From Calditrichia bacterium (GTDB lineage: Bacteria; Calditrichota; Calditrichia; Calditrichales; Calditrichaceae), in NCBI GenBank assembly GCA_027039465.1, contig JALWEA010000263.1:1-39999 (forward strand): DNA of 39,999 bases, written 5' to 3'. Shown here in pieces: positions 26,518 through 36,700 of this stretch. A program made the position numbers and the translations under genes. How positions within the stretch are numbered: position 1 is the first letter of the stretch; every line of letters begins with the position of its first letter. The notes under the pieces were generated by a model, which saw only the letters and a program-made list of their open reading frames with translations, was not told the DNA's origin and did not search any database.

Positions 26518-29232
26518 ATGCGGAGATTAGGAGTAACATTGAAATCAATCATTCTTTTCCTCATTTTTAGTTGGACTTTGGTAGCGCAGGCGGAAACGAT
26601 TCTTGTTAAAAATGCACAAGAGATCAGTGACCATCTCGGTCAGTTACTTCCGGGCGATACGTTAATCATGCGGGATGGCTATTGGAAAAACCAGCGTATC
26701 GAATTCAAAGGGCAGGGTACTCCTGAAAATCCCATTGTACTTAGAGCACAAACGCCTGGTCAGGTCTGGATTACCGGGAAGTCTAATTTACGCATCGGCG
26801 GGCAGTACGTGGTTGTGGACGGAGTTTATTTTGTCAACGGTTACAGCCCGGACGGCGGGGTGATTGAATTTCGCGACGCTTCCAAGCATGCGGCCAATCA
26901 TTGTCGCCTAACCAATTCGGCCATTGTGGATTTTAATCCGCCCAGCAAAAGCACCGATTACAAATGGGTTTCCTTGTACGGCCAATACAATCGTGTCGAT
27001 CACTGTTATTTTGCCGGGAAAAATCATCAAGGTACCACATTGGTCATTTGGATGTCAACAACGCCTAATTACCATCGCATCGATCACAATCATTTCGGGC
27101 CAAGACCGGAATTGGGTTCCAACGGCGGTGAAACCATTCGCATCGGCACCAGTGATTATTCAATGTACGACTCTTATGCAACGGTTGAATGGAATTATTT
27201 TGAACATTGCGACGGCGAGATCGAGATTATTTCCAATAAGTCCTGCAAAAATACTTACCGTTATAACACATTTGAATCATGCAAGGGAACGTTGACCTTA
27301 AGACACGGGAACGCTTGCAGTGTGTACGCCAATTTCTTTTTCGGAAACAATTCGGATCACACCGGGGGCGTACGCATTATCGGAGAGGATCATCGTGTTT
27401 ACAATAATTATTTTCAGGATTTGCAAGGGACGGATTATCGGGCAGCCATTTCCATGATGAACGGTGTTCCGAATTCGCCGCTTAATAGGTATTTTCAGGT
27501 AAAGCGGGCAAAAGTACTGTTTAATACCATTGTGAATTGTTATGAACCTTTGGTGATTGGCGCCGGAGCCGATGACGAAAAAACGCTTCCACCCAAAGAT
27601 TGTATTATTGCCAATAATGCGATTCTCTCACCGTATAATCACCCGATTGTTACGTTTGTTTCTCAGCCGGAAAATATGACGTGGGAAGGTAATATTTTTT
27701 ACGGACCGGATCCTGGTTTTGAAAACATTACGGGAATTACAGTGCAAGATCCCTTGTTGCAACTTTCTGCCGACGGATTGTATCGCCCGAAGGAAAGCAG
27801 TCCTTTAATCGGTGCATCGCAGGACACATTTTCCTTTGTCACTATGGATATGGACGGGCAGGTCCGTACGGATCCCAAAGATGTCGGGGCCGATCAAATC
27901 AGTACCGACTCCGTGACGGTTTATCCCTTGAAAGCGGGCGATGTCGGCCCGAGCTGGTACCCTCCGCAATCACCTCCTGTCCCGGTTGTTCAGGTTCGGG
28001 AAGGGAGGGATTCCTTGCAAGCGGCCATGGAAAAAGCGGATGACGGGGATATTATCGAGTTAATTAGCGACGGCGGCGTGTACAGCTTAAGCGCACCCGT
28101 TTCCATTGATAAAAATATTACCATTCGTACTAAAACCGGTTTGGCACAATCTCCGAGTATTGTACCTGCAACGGGAATCGACACCTTGAACGCTTTATTT
28201 CGCTGGACGAATGCACGACAATTACGCCTGCAAAATCTGATTGTAGACGGGCAAAACAAGGTAAGAAACATTTTTGAGAATGGAATAAAACATGTGGCTT
28301 TACAGTGTGATTCCGTTACAATCTTTAATACGGGCTTCGATTCAAGCGGTGCGATCTTTTTTGCCTTCGCAGGGAGTTTAATTGACACGATGCAATTTGA
28401 AAATTGCTCTTTTTTTCATGGGCGCGGACACGGATTAGTGGCCAACGGCGAGGCGCAGGGCAGCGGGCTTTACAACATCGGTGTTCTTAAGTTGGAAAAT
28501 TGTACGGCTTGGGACTATGCGCAATCGTTTTTGGATGTTTACGGCGGCGATGACATTCCTTTTACTCCTTGCCCTCAAATTTCCGTTAACCATTGCACCT
28601 TCCATGCCTGTGCTATTGATGGCGGCGCTGTAATCGATGCGGATCAGGTGGATTTTACCTGGATTAAAAATTCGATTTTCAGCCAGAGCAGTCCCGAGCA
28701 AGCAGCTCTGAAAATATATGGTCAGGCAGCTTCGGTGGACTACTGTGATTTTTACGCTTCCGGTTCCGTTGAGTTGTTTCGCGAAGCACAAAAAGGTAAT
28801 CATATTTATCAACTTGATCCGTTATTCAAAGATGCCGATCAAGGGGACTTTGGGTTGCAGCAGAATTCTCCGCTTTGGGCCAAAGCGGATGACGGTACGG
28901 CGCTTGGCGATTTGCGCTGGACCGGGCAAGTTATGGCTATTGGTGACAGGTCGTTTACGTCCGTTGCCGAACGGTGGAAGATATTAAGCAACTATCCCAA
29001 TCCGTTTAACGGTCAAACAACCATAGGATTCGTAAGCCCGTTTACGGGAATGGTGCATTGGCAGGTTTTTAATCTTCGGGGGCGTCGCATAACGCAAGGC
29101 CGTTTTTCCGTACAAAAAGGTCAGCTTTTACATTGGAACTGGGATGCCGGAAATTTGGCTTCGGGAATTTATTACTTGACGGTGGAAGGCAAATCGGAAC
29201 GGTTTGTAACTAAAATGATTTTAGTGAGGTGA
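26518..29232 (+). CDS. PL6 alginate lyase (chondroitinase B-type beta-helix) plus a second beta-helix module and a T9SS-like CTD
   Basis: PL6 motifs NGGETIRIG, GEIEIISNKS (catalytic Lys), LTLRHG (catalytic Arg) and GGVRIIGEDH. The second module ends DDGTALGDLRW and the CTD reads NYPNPFN...LASGIYYL. An alternative start is TTG 26539. Confidence 0.9.
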   Translation: MRRLGVTLKSIILFLIFSWTLVAQAETILVKNAQEISDHLGQLLPGDTLIMRDGYWKNQRIEFKGQGTPENPIVLRAQTPGQVWITGKSNLRIGGQYVVVDGVYFVNGYSPDGGVIEFRDASKHAANHCRLTNSAIVDFNPPSKSTDYKWVSLYGQYNRVDHCYFAGKNHQGTTLVIWMSTTPNYHRIDHNHFGPRPELGSNGGETIRIGTSDYSMYDSYATVEWNYFEHCDGEIEIISNKSCKNTYRYNTFESCKGTLTLRHGNACSVYANFFFGNNSDHTGGVRIIGEDHRVYNNYFQDLQGTDYRAAISMMNGVPNSPLNRYFQVKRAKVLFNTIVNCYEPLVIGAGADDEKTLPPKDCIIANNAILSPYNHPIVTFVSQPENMTWEGNIFYGPDPGFENITGITVQDPLLQLSADGLYRPKESSPLIGASQDTFSFVTMDMDGQVRTDPKDVGADQISTDSVTVYPLKAGDVGPSWYPPQSPPVPVVQVREGRDSLQAAMEKADDGDIIELISDGGVYSLSAPVSIDKNITIRTKTGLAQSPSIVPATGIDTLNALFRWTNARQLRLQNLIVDGQNKVRNIFENGIKHVALQCDSVTIFNTGFDSSGAIFFAFAGSLIDTMQFENCSFFHGRGHGLVANGEAQGSGLYNIGVLKLENCTAWDYAQSFLDVYGGDDIPFTPCPQISVNHCTFHACAIDGGAVIDADQVDFTWIKNSIFSQSSPEQAALKIYGQAASVDYCDFYASGSVELFREAQKGNHIYQLDPLFKDADQGDFGLQQNSPLWAKADDGTALGDLRWTGQVMAIGDRSFTSVAERWKILSNYPNPFNGQTTIGFVSPFTGMVHWQVFNLRGRRITQGRFSVQKGQLLHWNWDAGNLASGIYYLTVEGKSERFVTKMILVR

Positions 29233-29235
29233 GCA

Positions 29236-31158
29236 TTGAAGCATTTTGCATTCTTTCTAACGCTGGGCTTTGTCTTTTTTATTAATGCCATTGTTCAGGG
29301 GCAGGAAACATGGCAATCGAAAATTGTATTCTACAATGATGACGGTCATTTGCAGTACGTACGGGATTCGCTGGGAAATGTCATTCCTGATTTCAGTTAT
29401 GCCGGTTACAAAAACAGTGATGAACCTATTCCGGATGTTCCGGTTGTGCTTAGTATTGAACCCGTACAAGGTGACAATACCGCCCACATTCAGGCCGCCA
29501 TCGATTCCGTAGCAGCCATGGCACCGGATTCCAACGGATTTCGCGGAGCGCTTTTGCTTAAAGCGGGAATCTATCCTATTTGGGGAACAATTTACGTGGA
29601 TGAAAGCGGCATTGTGCTGCGCGGCGAAGGCGATGACGCAGATTCAACGCAAAACACGATTATTGTGGCCAAAGGGAATAGTCCCAAGCAGAGAACCGTA
29701 CTTGTGGCCGGAGGTAATGACGAAACAAAATGGCGCGATATGGTGCCGGGAACCAAATCGTACATTACGGACGATACCGTTTTGGTCGGTTCAAGAACTT
29801 TTCATGTACAAAAACCGAGTTATTATCATGTAGGTGATAACATCATTATTTTCCATCCCTGCACGGATGAATGGCTTCAGGCTATTGATTACGGGGGCAC
29901 GCATTCCAACGACCCGGACGCAGAGCCAGGCGTTGATGTTCCCTGGGAGGTAGGCAGCCAACCCATTGTGTACAACAGATATATTAAAAAAATAGAAGGT
30001 GACGAAATTACCATTGATGCGCCTCTTTACAATCATTTTATTAAAGCGCAGGCCAAATCTTATGTGTACAAATATTTGCGTCATAAACTTAAAACCAATA
30101 TCGGCATCGAAAATTTGCGTATTGATATTGAAACAGTGGGCGGTACCAATGAAAACCATGCCTGGAACGGCATTGATCTGTTTTTGATTGAAGATGCCTG
30201 GGTGCGGAATTGTACGGTTTTGCATTTCGGCGAATCGGGTTTTCGGACACATACGGCAACCCGTGTTACTATAGAAAATTGCAAAGCTTTGGATCCGGTA
30301 TCCAAAATAACCGGCGGACGGCGTTACAATTTTGAAGCTTATACCGCTTCTCAGCAAATTTTGGTTAAAGAATGTTTGGCGACCAACGGTCGGCACCATT
30401 ACATGTCCAACGGAACTTCCTGGGCTAGTGATATTGTATTTTTGAATTGCAAATCATCGGGGGCGTATGCTTCCAGCGAAGGACATCGGCGTTGGTCACA
30501 AGGGTTGCTTTACGACAACCACAAGGAATTGGACGGTCCTCGGCCCGGTTACAATCCGCGATTGTTGGGTTTGTATTGCCGTGGCTACTACGGCACCAGT
30601 CACGGATGGGCCGCTGTTCATTCGGTGGCCTGGAATTGCGATGTGGCGCAGGGTGATTTGATTGTGCAGAAACCGCCCACAGCTCAAAATTACGCCATTG
30701 GTTGCAAAGGAAAACGCATTACCGGCAAAAAACCGCCGGCTTCTTTTGACGAGCCTGAGGGTTACATTGAAGGAAGTAATAAAGACGGACTCTATCCGCA
30801 ATCATTGTTTCTGGCACAGTTAACCGAGCGACATAATGCAACGGGTATTAGGAATGATAATCGCAAAATGGCGTTACCCAAAACAATCCGTCTGGTTCGT
30901 GCTTATCCCAATCCGTTTAATCAGCAATTGACCTTTCGATTCGATATAAGCAGCAGCGAACGCGTGCAGTTGCGTATTTTTGATATTGCGGGAAGGCTGA
31001 TTTATACGCGGAATTTCGGTTTGCTATCCGGCGGCAGTCATGTTTACCATTGGGGCGGAAAAGATTCGTCCGGATTGGATGTGGGAAGCGGTATTTACTT
31101 TTTGCAATTATCCGTTGCTGCGCAAAAAGAGACGGTTCGCGTTTTATTGATCAAATAA
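29236..31158 (+). CDS. Secreted pectin-lyase-fold (beta-helix) protein of unassigned family with an FlgD/T9SS-like CTD
   Basis: TTG start after GAGGTG; signal peptide; IPDFSYAGY, GDNTAHIQAAID, SGIVLRGEG and GIENLRI motifs; CTD AYPNPFN...WGGKD..G..VGSGIYFL. Confidence 0.75.
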   Translation: MKHFAFFLTLGFVFFINAIVQGQETWQSKIVFYNDDGHLQYVRDSLGNVIPDFSYAGYKNSDEPIPDVPVVLSIEPVQGDNTAHIQAAIDSVAAMAPDSNGFRGALLLKAGIYPIWGTIYVDESGIVLRGEGDDADSTQNTIIVAKGNSPKQRTVLVAGGNDETKWRDMVPGTKSYITDDTVLVGSRTFHVQKPSYYHVGDNIIIFHPCTDEWLQAIDYGGTHSNDPDAEPGVDVPWEVGSQPIVYNRYIKKIEGDEITIDAPLYNHFIKAQAKSYVYKYLRHKLKTNIGIENLRIDIETVGGTNENHAWNGIDLFLIEDAWVRNCTVLHFGESGFRTHTATRVTIENCKALDPVSKITGGRRYNFEAYTASQQILVKECLATNGRHHYMSNGTSWASDIVFLNCKSSGAYASSEGHRRWSQGLLYDNHKELDGPRPGYNPRLLGLYCRGYYGTSHGWAAVHSVAWNCDVAQGDLIVQKPPTAQNYAIGCKGKRITGKKPPASFDEPEGYIEGSNKDGLYPQSLFLAQLTERHNATGIRNDNRKMALPKTIRLVRAYPNPFNQQLTFRFDISSSERVQLRIFDIAGRLIYTRNFGLLSGGSHVYHWGGKDSSGLDVGSGIYFLQLSVAAQKETVRVLLIK

Positions 31159-31171
31159 AGAAGGAAATAGA

Positions 31172-32356
31172 ATGAGTGTTTCTTCCAAATTCTTTTTTTT
31201 AATTTCATTCGTTTTTTTATTACTGCTGTCATCTTGTAAATCCAAATTTAATTTACGCCAAATTGAAAAAGGGCGCGTATTGTGTCAGGCAAATTTTGCT
31301 TTGCGTGAAATTCCCATTACAATCACCGCTTTTCCTTGCTCTCGCAGCGCCGGAGACATACACGAATTCTATTCCGAAGGCGATTATTGGTGGCCGAATC
31401 CCAAGAATCCGAACGGGCCGTATATTCGCAGGGACGGATTGAGTAATCCCGATAATTTCATTAAACATCGCCAAATGCTCATGCGCCTAAGTTATTATGT
31501 TCCCGCTCTAACCGCGGCTTATCTTTTGACGAACAATAAAAAATATGTGGCAGCCGTTGAGAAGCATTTAAAAGCATGGTTTATTGATCCCGATACCAAA
31601 ATGAATCCCAATCTGCTGTTTGCACAGGCCATTAAAGGACGTGTGACCGGCCGAGGTATCGGTATTATTGACGGTATTCATCTGGTTGATGTAGCCCAGG
31701 CGGTACGCGTGTTGCATAAATGCCGCGCTATTAACGATGATGTATTTCGGCAGGTTCGGGATTGGTTCCGGCAATTTTTGCACTGGATGACAACGCATCC
31801 GTACGGTATCAAAGAACGCGATCACGGGAATAATCATTCCACCTGTTGGGCCGTTCAAGTAGCTGCCTATGCCCGCCTGGTCGGGGATAGTTCGCAATTG
31901 AATTACGTGCGTCGAATGTTTAAAACTGTGCTTATTCCTCAGCAAATGGCTCCCGACGGTAGTTTTCCGAAAGAACTGAAACGTACCAAACCTTACAATT
32001 ATTCGCTTTTTAATTTGCAGGCCTTTACCGTTTTAAGCGCATTGGCTTCCAAAAACAATGACTTGTGGTATTTTAAGTTGCCGGATGGCCGCGGATTGCA
32101 GAAAGCGGTGCAGTTTATGTTTCCGTACATTAAACACAAGTCGCGTTGGCCGTTCGGAAAGGACGTTATGTACTGGGATCAATGGCCGGTACGCGATGTA
32201 ACACTTTTGTTTGCGGGATTTAAATATCACAAGCCGGAATATTTACGGGTGTGGCGCAAATTACCGGCCGATCCTACCGAATATGAAGTGTTGCGAAATT
32301 ATTTTGTAAGGCAACCGCTGCTGTGGCAGGAAGAGTTGGGGGATAATTCGAAATGA
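31172..32356 (+). CDS. Alginate-lyase-domain lipoprotein, PL38-like
   Basis: Lipobox LSSC; FYSEGDYWWPNP...PYIRRDG, WF.DP.TKMNPNL, GIID, NNHS and RTKPYNYSLFNL motifs. Confidence 0.82.
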   Translation: MSVSSKFFFLISFVFLLLLSSCKSKFNLRQIEKGRVLCQANFALREIPITITAFPCSRSAGDIHEFYSEGDYWWPNPKNPNGPYIRRDGLSNPDNFIKHRQMLMRLSYYVPALTAAYLLTNNKKYVAAVEKHLKAWFIDPDTKMNPNLLFAQAIKGRVTGRGIGIIDGIHLVDVAQAVRVLHKCRAINDDVFRQVRDWFRQFLHWMTTHPYGIKERDHGNNHSTCWAVQVAAYARLVGDSSQLNYVRRMFKTVLIPQQMAPDGSFPKELKRTKPYNYSLFNLQAFTVLSALASKNNDLWYFKLPDGRGLQKAVQFMFPYIKHKSRWPFGKDVMYWDQWPVRDVTLLFAGFKYHKPEYLRVWRKLPADPTEYEVLRNYFVRQPLLWQEELGDNSK

Positions 32357-32393
32357 TAATGTTGAATACGTTGAAGATGAAGGCATTCATTTA

Positions 32394-32461
32394 TTTCGGA
32401 CTGATTGCTATCAGTCCGAAACGCCGGTTGTCATCTGACTGATAGCAATCAGTCAGATGAC
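32394..32461. repeat. Pair of related palindromes in inverted orientation (REP/BIME-like)
   Basis: tttcggactgat-tgct-atcagtccgaaa (32394-32421) and gtcatctgactgat-agca-atcagtcagatgac (32430-32461); their 18-bp cores are exact reverse complements. Confidence 0.8.
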
Positions 32462-32507
32462 CGCAACGCTTTGCTTATTCTGTCTGTTGCAAATTTAGGA
32501 GATTTCC

Positions 32508-33767
32508 ATGCGTTATTTGATCGCTATCCTTTTAATAGTCGTCATTTTATCTTCCTGCGGGAAAAATGTTAAAAATGTAAAAATAACCAATACGCTTGAC
32601 ATGGAAAGAAAAAACGCCCTGGTCGTCTTAGACTTTGCTCGATTGTTCCCTAATTTTTCCGTTACTAAAACAACCCGTGTATCGGTCCTCAATAACGGCA
32701 ATCCGATACCGACTCAATGGTCTTTTGATCATCGCCTGATCGTACTCCTTTCCTTCAAACCGCACGAAACCAAAACGCTTTCCGTTAGCCTAAATAACGG
32801 TGTGTCAAATAAATCGACCCAACGTGCCCATGCTGAAATTTCCATCCGTAAAGACGCTGAATTCACTGGAAAAAAATGGGTCGGCGGCCGATTTGTCAAT
32901 GTCACAAAATGTACGGTTGACAAAAAACATTTCATTCACGACGCGCTTATTCGTTACGAAGGGCCAGGATTGGAATCGGATAAAATCGCTTACCGCATTT
33001 ATTTGGATAAACGCAATGCCATGGATGTTTTCGGTAAAAAAACATCGAAAATCATTTTGCCTATTGTAGGACACGACACTTCCGCAACCTATCACGAAAT
33101 GAACACGTGGGGCATGGATATTCTGAAAGTAGGCCCAACCTTTGGCGCAGGATCGTTTGGGCTTTTCCAATGTGATTCGTCCTTAGAACGTAACCTGAAA
33201 AACCATCGCATGGCAGCGCTTCCGAAAATATTGCAACCTGAAAATACGGATAGTATGATTTGCACTATTCTTGAAGACGGCCCGCTGCGCGCTGGCTTTC
33301 GTATTCTGTACAAAGGTTGGAAAATCGGCAATCAAAAAGTGGATGTCGCGGCAGAACATTTTATTCAGGCCGGAAGCTATGTTGTTCGGAATGAAATCGA
33401 ACTTTTAAACGGGCAAAATATTGGAATGGCCTTTGGAATTATGGAACCGCCAACATGTTCTTCTTATGTTTTTACCGAGAACGGGTATTGGAAAAACGTG
33501 CTCGGCATTCATTCGTTAGCCGGTGATTCTTTGACCGTATTTTTCTATTTCAATCCGAAAAATGTAAAGGGATATGACGCCCATCTTGACGGGAATAGCG
33601 TTGTAATGGCGCCTTCCGGAACACAAAAAATTACATTTTGGTCCGGCGCACTTTGGCAAAGTAATTTTAAAGGAGAAAACTTTAAAAACGTTTGCAATCG
33701 ATTTGCAAAGGAAGAAAGTGCATGTTTGGCCAATCCGTTGCGTGTTGAGTATCCGCTTACCAAATAA
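32508..33767 (+). CDS. DUF4861-family lipoprotein
   Basis: AGGAG RBS; lipobox LSSC; YEGPGLESDKIAYRIYLD.RNA.DVFGK and YH....WGMDILKVG motifs. Confidence 0.75.
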   Translation: MRYLIAILLIVVILSSCGKNVKNVKITNTLDMERKNALVVLDFARLFPNFSVTKTTRVSVLNNGNPIPTQWSFDHRLIVLLSFKPHETKTLSVSLNNGVSNKSTQRAHAEISIRKDAEFTGKKWVGGRFVNVTKCTVDKKHFIHDALIRYEGPGLESDKIAYRIYLDKRNAMDVFGKKTSKIILPIVGHDTSATYHEMNTWGMDILKVGPTFGAGSFGLFQCDSSLERNLKNHRMAALPKILQPENTDSMICTILEDGPLRAGFRILYKGWKIGNQKVDVAAEHFIQAGSYVVRNEIELLNGQNIGMAFGIMEPPTCSSYVFTENGYWKNVLGIHSLAGDSLTVFFYFNPKNVKGYDAHLDGNSVVMAPSGTQKITFWSGALWQSNFKGENFKNVCNRFAKEESACLANPLRVEYPLTK

Positions 33768-33785
33768 AAAGGATGATTGAAAATC

Positions 33786-36700
33786 ATGACAAAACGTTTA
33801 TTACTTCTTATTTTTGTTTTTCTGCAATTCGCACATTCTCAACCGACTTTTGATGCTGCCGTCAAAAAAGTGGCCGATCGGGTCTGGCAGATGGAACAAT
33901 GGCGAGCCGGGCGTTGGCAACTGTACACGGAAAACGGACAATGGAAATACCGTAAATCGGTTAATTGGTTGTCCGGATTTTTAGGGGGTGAGCTGTGGAA
34001 TATGTATCGTCTGACCGGTGATGAACGTTTCAAAAAGAGTGCATTGCATTTTGCCGGTTCATTGATTCCTTACGCCCGTAAGAACGACACGCACGATATG
34101 GGGTTTATTTTTTTACCAACCGTGGTACGCGCTTTTAAGATAACCGGAGATCCGAAATTTAAAAAAGCCGGGCTTCAGGCGGCTGAAATGTTATGGCGAC
34201 GATACAACCGCAAAGGCCATTTTATTCGTGCCTGGGGCAAATTGGGAACGTCAAAAAAAGCAGGCTGGAGCATCATTGATACGATGATGAATTTGGAGCT
34301 GTTGTTTTGGGCTTCAAAAGTGAGTGGGAATCCCAGGTTTGCCGAAACGGCTTACGCGCACGCCATAACCTGCATGAAACAACACATCCGCCCGAATGGT
34401 TCGTCGTTTCATGTGGTGATTTTTGATCCGCAAACAGGAAAAGTTCTAAAAAAACAAACACATCAGGGCGCCGCCGATACCTCCACCTGGGCGCGCGGTC
34501 AGGCCTGGGGTATTTACGGCTTTGCCACGGCCTATCACTACACCCGGGACGAACGTTTCTTGCGTTCCGCGCAACGCATGGCCGATTTTATGATTGCGCA
34601 CCTGCCAAAGGATGGGATTCCGTTTTGGGATTTAACCAATCCCGCCGGTCGAAATTATCGGGATGCTTCCGCCGGAGCAGTGCTGGCAGCCGGTTTGTAT
34701 CGCTTGGCTTCGCTGGTGCACAACGGATCCTTAATGTTGCGTTATCAACAAGTGGCTGATGAAATCATGGCCTCTTTGATAGATCGATACACGTTTTGGC
34801 ACAGTTCGCGCCCGGAGGAGCAGGGTTTGTTAATTCACCAGGTTTACAATTATCCCAAAGGCTGGGCTGTCGATGAATCCTATCCTGCGGGAGATTATTA
34901 TTTTACCGAGGCTTTGCTAACTTACCGGCAGCGTAAGCACTGGCTCAAACCCGAGGCCATAAGGCAGAAAATCAATTTGGACGCCGATTGGCTGTATTTG
35001 CCAAAGGATGTAACCGAACTTTCGGACTTATCCGCTTTTACCGGTGATTGGCAACGGGTGGATTTGCCGCACACCTGGAATCGCTTTGATGCAATGGACG
35101 GTGAACCTGGTTATCGTCGCTCGGGCAGTTGGTACAAAAAACGATTATTCATACCGCCTTCCCTAAAAAATAAGCAACTGTGGCTCTATTTTGAAGATGC
35201 CAATACCCGTTGCAAGGTATGGGTAAACGGCCGTTTGGTCGGAAATCATGTTGGCGGGTATTTGGGCTTTCGCATGAATATTACTCCCGCCGTTGCCCTC
35301 GGAAAAGAAAACGACATTTTGGTATATGTCTCCAATGCCTACAATCCCGATTTAATTCCGTCACAAAAATCCGATTTTTTCATTTACGGCGGGTTAACCC
35401 GTGATGTTTGGCTGGAAGTGCTTCCGCAAATTTTTATTGAAAAGATTTTAATCTCAATGCCGGAAGTTTCCCTGCATTCGGCTGCGACACAAGTAAAAAT
35501 GACGGTTTTTAGCCCTAAAAAACAAACGGTAAAACTGGACGTTCAAGTCATAGATGATCAAAAAAACGTCTGTTTACAAACAGTCAAAACAAGCGCATTA
35601 CAGACCGGTAGCAATGAAATTCTTGTGAACTTGCCGGAATTAAAAAATCCGCAATTGTGGTCGCCAAATGCGCCGCACCTTTACAAACTGAAGGCGGAAC
35701 TTAAAATAGGCAATCAAATTGTTGATATCTTTAGTGAAATATTCGGCTATCGTTGGTTTGAATTCAAAAAACACGGCCCTTTTTATTTGAACGGAAAACG
35801 TTTGCTGTTAAGGGGTACGCATCGCCACGAAGAACAAGCGGGTTACGGTGCGGCCATGCCCAATGATTTGCATCGCAGGGATATGGAAGCCATTAAAAAG
35901 ATGGGTGCAAATTTTGTCCGTTTGGCCCATTATCCTCAGGATCCGGAAGTGTATCGGGCTTGCGATTCCTTGGGCTTGCTTGTTTGGGATGAGCTTCCGT
36001 GGTGCCGCGGAGGAATGGGAGGCAAGACCTGGAAGGAGAACATCAAACGTTTGTTAAAAGAACAGATTTTGCAAAATTTTAACCACCCGTCAATTATTAT
36101 TTGGTCTTTGGGCAATGAACTGAATTGGCTGCCCGATTTTCCGAATGGCGGTAATGACGATTCGCTGAAAGCCATGTTGCGAACGCTCAATAGGATAGCC
36201 CATCAATTGGATCCTTCGCGAGTGACCGCCGTGCGAAAATACAAAGGAGCCGTGGGAATTGTGGATGTTTTTTCACCATCCATTTGGGCCGGTTGGTATT
36301 CGGGTGTCTACAAAAATTATCGCAAGGCATTGGAAAAATCACGGGAGGAATATCCGCGTTTCTTTCATGCCGAATACGGAGGCGCAAGCCATTTCGGAAG
36401 GCATGATGAACAGGTGATCACGGGCGAAGGTAAAATTGAAAAAAGCGGCTGGGAAGAAGATGAAGTGCAGACTGCGGTTAAAAACATTGCCCGCACTAGT
36501 GATTGGAGCGAAAATTATATCGTGGATTTGTTTGACTGGCATCTGCATGTTAGCGAGCAGCTTCCGTGGTTCACGGGATCCGCGCAATGGATTTTTAAAG
36601 ATTTCGGCACGCCGTTGCGCCCTGAAAATCCCATTCCTTATGTTAATGAAAAGGGATTAATGGATCGCGCCGGAAGGCCGAAAGACGCCTATTACGTTTT

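Noticed and set aside
32353-32442. 29-codon micro-ORF (MIMLNTLKMKAFIYFGLIAISPKRRLSSD) overlapping the PL38 stop and running through the palindromes
   Set aside because: It is too short to support. The hydrophobic stretch could be a signal-peptide remnant, but no continuing gene fragment is visible.
32394-32461. Possible CRISPR repeat pair
   Set aside because: There are only two units, inverted rather than direct, with an 8-nt gap and no cas genes.
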